From a virus, in IMG/VR virus record IMGVR_UViG_3300046096_000928, positions 28,554 through 92,553 of that record: a stretch of DNA of 64,000 bases; one strand, 5' to 3'. Under the pieces are notes generated by a model, which searched no databases, was not told the DNA's origin, and saw only the letters and a list, made by a program, of their open reading frames with translations. Position numbers and translations under genes: made by a program. How positions within the stretch are numbered: the stretch's first letter is position 1; the number at the start of each line of letters is the position of its first letter. Shown piece by piece: positions 37,842 through 47,075 of this stretch.

Positions 37842-40028
37842 TTAATTGGCACAAGAGACACATTCTTCTTTAAAGTTATCTTTTTGCACTACACGCACAT
37901 AATAGATTGCTTTACATTCTGATTCCCAAGCATTAAGCATTACCTCATAAATATCTTTTGCTGTTAATGCTTCCTCTTTATATACACCTTCATTGAGGTT
38001 AAACACTAATTCCATTGAGATGCCAGTATCTATCCATTTTTGTATTTCAGAAACAGCTTTGACTACCACGTTTTGATCTAAGGTTTTATTTTCTCGGTAA
38101 TACCAAAGTGAATCTTTGATAAATGGTGGTGCAATTGGTACAGTGCCTTTACTCCATTTATCATAATAGAATTTACTGTAACATGGCAAAATACTAGCTG
38201 TACAACCTTGTACTAAACTTGATGATGTATTAGGGGCGATCGCCATTAACATAGAATTTCTGATCCCATTATCTGCAATTAGATCGAATAATGATTCCCA
38301 GTCTTGACTGCCGTTTTCTTCAAACCATTCTAAAGGTTTACTCAAAACTAATTCTTTTGACCAATCACTACCTTCATAAGCTAAATACTTACCCCGTTCA
38401 CCAGCTAACAAAGCCGAGCCTAAAATACAGTTATAAGAAATTATCTCAAATAATGATCCTATAGCTTCGGTATTTTTATAAGATTGTCCATGTTTTGCCA
38501 AATAATCAGCTAAACCCATTGCTCCTACACCTACAGTTCTATAACGATTGTTATGAGCTTTTGCATCTTCAAATGGTGGAGTGGTTAAATCAATAGTATT
38601 ATCTAATAATCTTACTGCTAATTGAGATAAGTCTGCTAATTCTTCTTCACTCTCAATATTAGCTAAATTTAAACTAACTAAGTTACAACAGTGGGCATAT
38701 TGTCCAGAAGCCACATTCGAGAAGCTTTCGACGCATAAATTTACTTGGGGGATATACCCATCATGTTTATTGGCATTATATTTATTGATGGTATCTTTAA
38801 ATGCAATATAGGGCATTCCCGTTTCTAATTGAGATTTCATTATCTCTTTAAATAACTCTCTCGCATTTATCGTTTTTCTTGTCTCTAGTGAATCTGAGTA
38901 AGTTTCTAAAATACTATAAGCTGAATCGAAAAGTTCCCCCCATAATTCAGATAAATCAATATTGAATTTTGTTTTAATTTCATAAGGATCGAATAATGTC
39001 CAATCTTTATTACTTTCAACTCTTCTCATAAATTCATCTGAAATGATTACTTGGGGGAATACATCATAAGCTTTACGTCTTTGATCACCGTTTTCTGTTT
39101 GCATTTCTAAGAATTCAAGTATATCATAATGCCATATATCTAATCCTATTGTAACCGCACCCGCACGTTTCCCCCCTTGATTGACGGCGATCGCCGTATC
39201 ATTCAGTAATTTGACCCATGGTAAAACACCACCACTTGCGTTAGCTTTACCCATTACTTCTGCCCCCGTAGCTCGAATTTTACTTAGATTAACACCAACC
39301 CCACCACCATTTTTACTGATACGAGCGGTATTGGTTATCTCACGGTAAATACTTTCTAAACTATCATCGGCTGTAATAATAAAACAACTGGTTAGACTTC
39401 CGTTAGGTACTCTTAGATTAGCTAAAATAGGAGTTGCTAAAGATATTTTACGTTGTGCAATAGATAAATAAACCTGCTTGGCAAACTCTAAACGATATTC
39501 TTTGATTTCAGGTAAAGCTAAAAGTAAGGCACAAGTCAAAAAAGCCTCTTGTGGTAATTCATTAGGCAGTAAATAACGGCTGGTAAGCAGTAAAGCACCA
39601 GCATAATCATAATCAAAATCATAAGTTTTATCTATCCAAGTAATGGCCTCTTTTAATTCTTCATAAGAATAATCTTTTAACCTTTGGTCATAAATACCAT
39701 CATGTATTTTTGACTGTAAAGAACGTAAATAACCTTCATAGCCATAACCACGACTGACCAAATTATCTTTCCATAATGACCACATCAATAAACGACCTGC
39801 GACATAACGATAATCTGGATCATCTAAAGTACATTTTTCTAAAGCACTTTGAATTAAACTTTCTTGAATCTCACGAGTTGTAATGCCGTCTCTTAATCTT
39901 GCTTTTAAACCAGCTTCTAAAATTAACTCATTTACGTCTAAATCTTCACAAGCCCAAGTAGCTACTTCTCTAATCCTACCAATCTGTAAATCTTCTTTTT
40001 GTCCGTTGCGTTTGACTACTTGAATCAT
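37842..40028 (-). CDS. nrdA: Ribonucleoside-diphosphate reductase alpha subunit (class I, ATP cone)
   Basis: VVKRNG ATP cone, SCF, NLCVE, APNTSSS, YY pair and terminal CVSC. Confidence 0.95.
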   Translation of the reverse strand: MIQVVKRNGQKEDLQIGRIREVATWACEDLDVNELILEAGLKARLRDGITTREIQESLIQSALEKCTLDDPDYRYVAGRLLMWSLWKDNLVSRGYGYEGYLRSLQSKIHDGIYDQRLKDYSYEELKEAITWIDKTYDFDYDYAGALLLTSRYLLPNELPQEAFLTCALLLALPEIKEYRLEFAKQVYLSIAQRKISLATPILANLRVPNGSLTSCFIITADDSLESIYREITNTARISKNGGGVGVNLSKIRATGAEVMGKANASGGVLPWVKLLNDTAIAVNQGGKRAGAVTIGLDIWHYDILEFLEMQTENGDQRRKAYDVFPQVIISDEFMRRVESNKDWTLFDPYEIKTKFNIDLSELWGELFDSAYSILETYSDSLETRKTINARELFKEIMKSQLETGMPYIAFKDTINKYNANKHDGYIPQVNLCVESFSNVASGQYAHCCNLVSLNLANIESEEELADLSQLAVRLLDNTIDLTTPPFEDAKAHNNRYRTVGVGAMGLADYLAKHGQSYKNTEAIGSLFEIISYNCILGSALLAGERGKYLAYEGSDWSKELVLSKPLEWFEENGSQDWESLFDLIADNGIRNSMLMAIAPNTSSSLVQGCTASILPCYSKFYYDKWSKGTVPIAPPFIKDSLWYYRENKTLDQNVVVKAVSEIQKWIDTGISMELVFNLNEGVYKEEALTAKDIYEVMLNAWESECKAIYYVRVVQKDNFKEECVSCAN

Positions 40029-40114
40029 TATTTTCTTTGTTTACGGTTAATATTTTTAGTGTAAAATCTTAATTTTACTTATGTTATTATACTATTAAAC
40101 AATGTTATTTTTCT

Positions 40115-40798
40115 ATGATTAAATATAAAGCGATTAAAAATACTTGGCTTAAAAAAGAGAATATACAAGCCTCCGATTTACCCAATAATAAAAAAATATT
40201 TGTCCCTACTGGTAAACATTTTAATGTGATAAAAGAAACTGAAGTTATTGAGACTGATGTTTTTCAAATTGATTTATCTGATAATGCTGGACGTTGGTTT
40301 ATTTTTACTAAAGATTGGGATATGGATAGAGTGGTAAAAGTTCCCTTAAAAGTATCTGATAATATTGATTGGCAAGATATGAATCAACCTATTAGTAAAT
40401 ATTTTACTGTTAGAGAAGTTACTAATAATGATGCTAGACGTATTCCTAATAAACAACATCAAGTAAATGTTTTACGATTAGCTAAAGAATTAGATTTAGT
40501 ACGGGAAGTTTACGGTGCTTTGATGATTACCTCTTGGATGCGACCAGCACGTGCCGATGGTTATTCTTTTGATATAAACAAAATGGTAGGCGGTGCATCT
40601 TTAAGTCAACATCGAACTGGTTTAGCTGTCGATCTTTATCCTCTCAATTACCCTTTAGTTCAATTCCAATCTGAGATGCTTACTAAATGGCATGGGAGTG
40701 TAGGCAAGGGTCTTAGTAAAGGATTTGTTCATTTAGATGCTAGACAGGGCTTCCCTTGTTTTAATAAAGGGTCTGCTCTTATTGCATGGAATTATTAA
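40115..40798 (+). CDS. Peptidase M15 endolysin with cyanobacterial N-terminal domain
   Basis: ITSW.R, VGGA..SQH..G.AVD and FVHLD. Confidence 0.85.
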   Translation: MIKYKAIKNTWLKKENIQASDLPNNKKIFVPTGKHFNVIKETEVIETDVFQIDLSDNAGRWFIFTKDWDMDRVVKVPLKVSDNIDWQDMNQPISKYFTVREVTNNDARRIPNKQHQVNVLRLAKELDLVREVYGALMITSWMRPARADGYSFDINKMVGGASLSQHRTGLAVDLYPLNYPLVQFQSEMLTKWHGSVGKGLSKGFVHLDARQGFPCFNKGSALIAWNY

Positions 40799-40810
40799 AA
40801 AAAAGAAATT

Positions 40811-41044
40811 ATGTTTAGAATAATCTTAACTTTAATAACGTTAGCTCTAATCGCCACCTCCTGTAACCACAATCAGAAAAATAAAAATAATTATCATTTT
40901 GAGCAAAATCGACCTGATATTGGCTTAGATATTGACAATGATTTAATTATTGATAATCCACCGAGTGTCAAAATACCTGAACCATCTTTTTTATTTTTTT
41001 ACGGTTTAATCCCACTTTTATTTGTTAGTATAAAGAAAACATAA
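40811..41044 (+). CDS. Small lipoprotein with PEP-CTERM-like C-terminal anchor
   Basis: Hydrophobic signal ending ATSC; KIPEPS, TM helix, then KKT. Confidence 0.65.
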   Translation: MFRIILTLITLALIATSCNHNQKNKNNYHFEQNRPDIGLDIDNDLIIDNPPSVKIPEPSFLFFYGLIPLLFVSIKKT

Positions 41045-41054
41045 TTACAAAAAT

Positions 41055-41261
41055 ATGACAAACGTAACACTACCCGCATTTGTTGAAAATATTGAAAAAG
41101 GTTTTATTATAGTTGGCGATACTTTTATTGATGCAGCTAAAATCGTTCTTATTAGTAAAACTGAAACATATGTTAGCATCCGCTTTACTAATGGGTACGC
41201 AGATTTTGAAGGGGCAGAAGCTGTTGAATTTCTTAATAAATATAATCAATTCTTAAAATAA
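41055..41261 (+). CDS. Hypothetical protein
   Basis: 68-aa ORF. Confidence 0.5.
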   Translation: MTNVTLPAFVENIEKGFIIVGDTFIDAAKIVLISKTETYVSIRFTNGYADFEGAEAVEFLNKYNQFLK

Positions 41262-41285
41262 TAATTTACTCCCAAAATATTTTTT

Positions 41286-41660
41286 TTACTCACTTTCTTT
41301 TAGTGAGTTTTTTCGTACTTCTAGTTTTGAGATCGCCTGTTTACTTTTTTGCAGTATAGTAGTAACTTTCTTGAAATCATTTTCATCTACATTCAGATTC
41401 ATTAAGGATAATCCTAAGTTATTTAATTCAGTGGAGATATAGACTATTTCCTGCCATAAAGGATAGTATTTCCATTGTTTAGTTAATTTTCCTTGAGATT
41501 TAATTTCTTGTTCGATCAACTTCATAGTAATTTTATTCACTCTTATTTTATAATTAGGACATATCACACAATTATTTTCACTACCTGCTATTAAACAGCA
41601 GGTTAATTTTTCATTTTTCGTTGCTTCTTTGTAACGATTTATCACTTTTTGTAAATACAT
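41286..41660 (-). CDS. Hypothetical protein
   Basis: 124-aa ORF divergent from recombinase. Confidence 0.45.
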   Translation of the reverse strand: MYLQKVINRYKEATKNEKLTCCLIAGSENNCVICPNYKIRVNKITMKLIEQEIKSQGKLTKQWKYYPLWQEIVYISTELNNLGLSLMNLNVDENDFKKVTTILQKSKQAISKLEVRKNSLKESE

Positions 41661-41806
41661 TTGCGTTTAACTTTTTAAAGTATAATCGTTAATTTTACTG
41701 AAAAATAGTTTATCACAAAGCCGTATCAAAAATAAAAATCATAGTGAAACTTTTTCATGTAATAACGACTAATGATATAGAGATCATTAATAGATGCTAC
41801 AAAATT

Positions 41807-43201
41807 ATGAAAGTATGTTACGCCCGTGTTAGCAGTAGAGAACAAGCCTTAAATAGTAATGCTTTGATACAACAGCTTGATAGATTAAATAGTCAAGTTA
41901 TTGACAAGGTTTATTCCGATGTCGGCTCTGGTAGAACATCAAAAAGATTAGCTTTTAAGGAATTAATTAAAGATATTAAAAAAGGCTTGATCTCTGAATT
42001 GGTTGTTACTCGTATGGATAGACTTATGCGTAGTTTAATGGCTCAAATTGAGTTTGTTCTACTTTTAGAAAAAGAAAATATAATTTTAACTGTCTTGGAT
42101 CAAGCTGTTGATTTTAAAACCGCTTCTGGCAAGTTACAACTAAATATTTTAGGTGCTTTCTCTCAAAACTTTTCTGATGATCTATCCGAAAAAGTAAAAC
42201 ATGGTTATGAATATTACCGCAAGACTAAAAAGACAACCCGTAGTATCTTAGGTTACAAAATTGTTAATAGTCAAATATTGATTGACGATGATCCTTTTCT
42301 TTGTTTATGGCAAAATAAATCTGAATATTCTAAATATAAAATAGCACGTAAAGTTATCGATTTTTATCTGGAAGAAAAAAGTATTTCTGGTTGTCTCAAA
42401 AGATTAAATATTTATTTTGGGTTACAGAAAAGTAATTTTAATCCCCGTGCTTATAAATCACTTCACTTTTCTGAGGCTGGAATAAAATGTTTCCTTACAC
42501 ATCCTATTCTGAGAGGCTATCTAGTTTATTTTCAATATGATAAAAATAATCCTACTCAACTTTACCCTAATAATCATCAACCTATTTTATCTGAGTTAGA
42601 ATATGCCGAAATTTTAAGGATACTTGATCATAATAAAAAAGTAGGTGGTTATGGCAGTAAAAGTAAAAATCCTTTTACTGGTTTTATTTCTTGTCAAACT
42701 TGCTTATCTTCCATGCGGTCACTCAAAATAAAACAAAACCCTTTCAAGTATTATTCTTATTTTCGATGCCAGAATGCCCGACAACAAGCCTGTTCTAATT
42801 ATAAATCTGTTCGTGTTGATAAAATAAAAGCTATTTTATTTCAAACTTTACAATCAAAATATCTTGAGTTAATCAATCTTACTACTGCCATAATCCCCAC
42901 TGATTCTATTGAGATTCAATCTTTACTCAGTCAAATCAACTCTTTATCTTCATTACCTAATAATCCCGCTATTGATCAGGCGATCGCCAATATTCAATTG
43001 CAAATACAAAATTTACAATCTGAACATTCTAAAAATAAACTAATGCATTCGGACAATGAAGATTATTTAAAAAGTATTTTTTCTTCTACTAGCTTTTGGG
43101 AAACTTTATTACCTCATCAACTTAAAGAAATTGTACAGAAATTGGTTAACAAAATTTTAATCTTTGACGGCGAAGTTATTGCGGTAAAATTGAATCTTTG
43201 A
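41807..43201 (+). CDS. Large serine recombinase (XisF-like)
   Basis: YARVSS, D..SG....R, VTRMDRL.R, zinc ribbon CQTC...C...C and coiled coil. Confidence 0.92.
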   Translation: MKVCYARVSSREQALNSNALIQQLDRLNSQVIDKVYSDVGSGRTSKRLAFKELIKDIKKGLISELVVTRMDRLMRSLMAQIEFVLLLEKENIILTVLDQAVDFKTASGKLQLNILGAFSQNFSDDLSEKVKHGYEYYRKTKKTTRSILGYKIVNSQILIDDDPFLCLWQNKSEYSKYKIARKVIDFYLEEKSISGCLKRLNIYFGLQKSNFNPRAYKSLHFSEAGIKCFLTHPILRGYLVYFQYDKNNPTQLYPNNHQPILSELEYAEILRILDHNKKVGGYGSKSKNPFTGFISCQTCLSSMRSLKIKQNPFKYYSYFRCQNARQQACSNYKSVRVDKIKAILFQTLQSKYLELINLTTAIIPTDSIEIQSLLSQINSLSSLPNNPAIDQAIANIQLQIQNLQSEHSKNKLMHSDNEDYLKSIFSSTSFWETLLPHQLKEIVQKLVNKILIFDGEVIAVKLNL

Positions 43202-43520
43202 CACTGAACAAGAGGTAACATGGAATCTGACAAGACAGGAAATCAGCAAACAAGAAAATTCAATGAAGTTATGTGGAAACTACAGACAAACTCAAAAGAC
43301 AAAACAAAAAGTCTTACTGAATTTATTGAAGAAATACGAACTCAAGCTAAAAAAAACAAGGCGATAATAGAAGCTTTGCTGACGTTATAGAAGACATACA
43401 AAATCAGGCAAGAGAGCGAGGTTTAACTGAAGAAATCTTACAGGTTATTTTAGAAAAAGAATAAATCTTTAATTCTGTATTTTCATAGATTACAATAGTG
43501 TTACATTTAAGTTGTAATCT

Positions 43521-43768
43521 ATGAATCAAATCATTAATGCGGTGGCACAATACTTGATCCTTTTGCTGGTAGTTTTACTTTGGCGATCGTCTGTTTAGAA
43601 TTAGAACGTAATTATATTCGTCTTGAAAAAGATAAAGGTTATTTTGAGATTGGTCAAGAAAGAATTAAAGAATGGCATGAAGCAAAAAAGCTACTTTATT
43701 CGATTGATTTCTTGTCTTATGAGTTAATCATCATTCACAACAAAATAAGCCTTAATTTATCTATTTAA
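43521..43768 (+). pseudogene. N4/N6 methyltransferase remnant (N-terminal 7 aa joined to C-terminus)
   Basis: MNQIINA, then GGTILDPFAGSFT.AI.CLEL.R...EKD..YFEIG.ERI. Confidence 0.75.
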
Positions 43769-43770
43769 AC

Positions 43771-44022
43771 ACTAAGAGAATAGATAATCATCTATTCTCT
43801 TAGTGGCTCTTTTTCTTAAACAGAAAAAAGAGAAAATAAATTTTTGCATAATTAACTTGATCTTTATTTTTTTAATTATGAGTTTATTGATCTTAATTAT
43901 GTATATCGAAAACCTGTTAACAGGTAACCTATCAACAGGAAACCTAATATCAGGCAACCTGTTGATAGGAACTCGTCAATTGGCTTTTGTCTATAGCTAT
44001 GCCAAGTAGTATAGACAAAAGT
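43771..44022 (+). repeat. Origin-like module copy C
   Basis: Flanking hairpins; repeats at 43913, 43928, 43943 and 43958. Confidence 0.8.
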
Positions 44023-44094
44023 CTATATATGATTTCTTGTTAATTTACCTTTATTCTTTTTTTTAGTTAATCTAATTATGCTTACGTGGATAAT

Positions 44095-44240
44095 ATCTAA
44101 AAAAGAATAAATATCTTTGCACAATTAATTTGATCTTTTTTTTTGCTTATGCGTTTTTTATTATTCATGTGTATCGAAAACGTAATAAGAGGCTTTCTAA
44201 CAATACATTTTTGTAATTAGAAAGCCTCTTATTACGTTGG
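44095..44240 (+). repeat. Origin-like module copy D (diverged)
   Basis: TTTGCACAATTAATTTGATCTTT and GTGTATCGAAAAC; CGTAATAAGAGG...CCTCTTATTACG inverted pair. Confidence 0.65.
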
Positions 44241-44287
44241 ATCAATTAATGAAAATTATTTTATATAGCTAAATAGATAATATAAAA

Positions 44288-44857
44288 TTATACGATTGAT
44301 CTGATATATTTAAAATCAGTTAAAGGAGTTTGTTGGTGAACATTTCGCATGAACCATTCAAATTCATAAACAACATTAAGAGGAAAACTACTTAAGATAA
44401 GTCGGAGTCGATCTAATCGTGGTTCTTGAGAGCCGTGTATAAGATATAACCGCAAAAGATCGGACTTAATTTCCGTTTGTGTAGCAATCTCATTGAGACT
44501 AAGATTATAAACATTAGTGAGATAAATAAGAACGTCATTAACTGGGTGTGGTGAGTTTTCTCGCTTAGTGTAAAAAAGAAAAGGGTCATAAGAAATAGTG
44601 CCTTGTAAAACAGTATCTTTATGAACACGAGTTATCAATTTAAGGTACATAGAGTACATATTGTCGGGAAGTCTCGCTACGAGGTTATACCAGTTAGAAG
44701 AACTTATAGTACGGCCACTTTTTAGAGAATTGTAACCAGATGTACAAGTGATTCCCACATCACAAAATAAACGATTACGACTTATTTGAGATGCATACAT
44801 TAAAAATTCTATTGCTTTGAGAGGATGGACACATTCTAATAAAGTATTTTTTGCCAT
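44288..44857 (-). CDS. Tandem XRE-like HTH protein, candidate repressor
   Basis: Two HP..-initiated HTH-like halves; divergent from replication operon. Confidence 0.5.
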   Translation of the reverse strand: MAKNTLLECVHPLKAIEFLMYASQISRNRLFCDVGITCTSGYNSLKSGRTISSSNWYNLVARLPDNMYSMYLKLITRVHKDTVLQGTISYDPFLFYTKRENSPHPVNDVLIYLTNVYNLSLNEIATQTEIKSDLLRLYLIHGSQEPRLDRLRLILSSFPLNVVYEFEWFMRNVHQQTPLTDFKYIRSIV

Positions 44858-45145
44858 GTTATTTTTAAAAAGGGTTTATATTTATTTTCATTATATATTA
44901 AAAAGATAAAAAATAGATAAAAACTACTAATATACTTGATGTACCGTTATACTTATCTTTGTTTTCACTAAAAATATATTGATGGCTATTGACAGAAAAT
45001 AAGAAATACGATATAAAGGAAACAGATAAAGTATTTGGAAAAAGACAATGAAAAAAAACAAACTAAAAGTAGAAATAAAAAAAGAGAGTGTTTACAACAA
45101 TGTATGTTCGTTATTAGCTGATAAATAAAAGTTGAAACATAAAAA

Positions 45146-45451
45146 ATGCAAATAAAAGAAGTTTATTATTTCTCAAATCAATGGCTATGGATTTTAATAT
45201 CTGAGAATGGATCAGATTATTTTTATAGATTTGATCAAATAAGAAAATTAAACACAATAGAAAAAAGGATGAGAGAGAGAGAAACAAAGACAATTAAAAA
45301 TTTAAGACAACTTAAGGTCAAAATAATAAAAAATACCTGTAATGGATTTTACTTAGCACAAATATTGAAAGAAAAAAAATGGACACAATTTGTACCTTAC
45401 CAACCTTATTACCTAGACCCGACCATGACAAAACATATCGTAAGCCATTAG
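45146..45451 (+). CDS. Hypothetical protein
   Basis: 101-aa ORF. Confidence 0.4.
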   Translation: MQIKEVYYFSNQWLWILISENGSDYFYRFDQIRKLNTIEKRMRERETKTIKNLRQLKVKIIKNTCNGFYLAQILKEKKWTQFVPYQPYYLDPTMTKHIVSH

Positions 45452-46080
45452 AATATTTTGTAGATGATTCAATTGTGATAATAGTAGGACAAAAACAAAA
45501 AAGAATAACAGGCCGAGCCGTTGATCTTTATGAAAACTGCCGAATATTTACAGTTTTGTCGCCAAAAATGGGAACCAGAAAACAGCAGAAAATATTTGAA
45601 GAGCGTCATGTACTTGATCATTTATGGATTTCTGATAAATGTACTAGGTGGAATAAAGCCATAGCGATTCCCGAAATCTTTGCCATAGGCAAAATTGACT
45701 GGTATGAAAAAAAAGGTGGTATTAAAGATTTAGAATTAAAACCAGTAGATTATAAAACACATTTAGAAAAATTATTTGTAGGGATTGTTTTTATGTATGG
45801 TTTACATATAATAGAAGAAGCTAAGTTATTAACTAGCCAAGATACTGTTACTAAAAACTATGAACATTGGCATGATCAATTAGTATGGTTACAGTTAATA
45901 ACAGAAAGATTTAAAGAAATAATACAAGAGAAAAAAATCGAGCTAGAAAAACCTCTTACTTTGAAATATATTGATTGTTTTTTGAAAGTGATAGAGATCA
46001 AAACAAGTAAAGCTCGGTCTCATGTAAAAAAAATAGAAAATAAAAAAGGATTCAAAATTCATAAGTTAAAATACATCTAA
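45379..46080 (+). CDS. Hypothetical protein
   Basis: 233-aa ORF. Confidence 0.55.
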   Translation: MDTICTLPTLLPRPDHDKTYRKPLEYFVDDSIVIIVGQKQKRITGRAVDLYENCRIFTVLSPKMGTRKQQKIFEERHVLDHLWISDKCTRWNKAIAIPEIFAIGKIDWYEKKGGIKDLELKPVDYKTHLEKLFVGIVFMYGLHIIEEAKLLTSQDTVTKNYEHWHDQLVWLQLITERFKEIIQEKKIELEKPLTLKYIDCFLKVIEIKTSKARSHVKKIENKKGFKIHKLKYI

Positions 46081-46172
46081 ATATTTACGTGTGAACTATA
46101 TTGAGATGTAATAAGGAAAAATCGTAAAAAAGTAAACTATAAACAAAGAAATATATTAAGAAGGAGTAAAAA

Positions 46173-47075
46173 ATGGAAATGGTTGCAGGAAAAGATTTTG
46201 ATTATTACACCAAAGTAATAACAGAAGCTATGAAAGGATTAATTCCAGCCGAAAGGGGAGTTTATCAATATATGAAATCACAAAGTAAGACTTGGCAATT
46301 TAATGTAGAATATATGTCTGAAGAGATGAATTGTACTATTTATCATGTCAGAAAAGTATTGAAAAAATTAATTTCAAAAGGATTAGTTGAAAGAATAGAA
46401 AAACGGGTAAAAGGGTTTTTATTCTATGATTATAAGGTAAGAGATAAACAAGGCGAAGTTAGAGATGATGCGAAATTGATGAATAGAAGTAAAGACAAAA
46501 TATTAGAGCCTACTGTTGTGGAGTCAGTTGAATTAGTAGAAGTTAAACAGAGCAAACAAGAAACAATAAAAGTAGAAAAAAAAGATTGGAAAGTACTATT
46601 TAAAGGCAACGAAAGATTTATTGACAAATTTATTGCTGATAGAAAAGTCTATTTATCTAATTGTGATTATTATAAAACTAACTTGAAAAGAACAGCAACA
46701 GACTTGGAAGCTGAAAATCATATCAGTAAGAAATTAAACACGACCGATTCAGACATGGAGTTAAGAATAGCTGAGTTTATTGTCACTGAGATAAAAAAAG
46801 AAAAAGTTAAAGCTGAGAGAGAATCTAGCCAAATAGTATCAGAATATAAAAAATTAGAAATAGAAAAAAAAGATAAAATTTTAGCGGCTAAAACTAATTT
46901 ATTTAAAGAGAGATTTCCCGATCATTGGGCAGAAAAGCCCACGGGGATGGAGATGAATAGAGAATGGATGGCACGAAAAAAACTTTTAGAAGTGACAATA
47001 AAAGAAGAGCTAGAGGCAATTGAAGAAAAATATAACAAAGAGTATAAACTTTTATTAGAGGTTGTTAAAAGATGA
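46173..47075 (+). CDS. Replication initiator with N-terminal winged helix
   Basis: L..AERGVY.YM.S....W.F.......V.K.LK.L..KG.V.R; directly upstream of DnaB. Confidence 0.7.
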   Translation: MEMVAGKDFDYYTKVITEAMKGLIPAERGVYQYMKSQSKTWQFNVEYMSEEMNCTIYHVRKVLKKLISKGLVERIEKRVKGFLFYDYKVRDKQGEVRDDAKLMNRSKDKILEPTVVESVELVEVKQSKQETIKVEKKDWKVLFKGNERFIDKFIADRKVYLSNCDYYKTNLKRTATDLEAENHISKKLNTTDSDMELRIAEFIVTEIKKEKVKAERESSQIVSEYKKLEIEKKDKILAAKTNLFKERFPDHWAEKPTGMEMNREWMARKKLLEVTIKEELEAIEEKYNKEYKLLLEVVKR

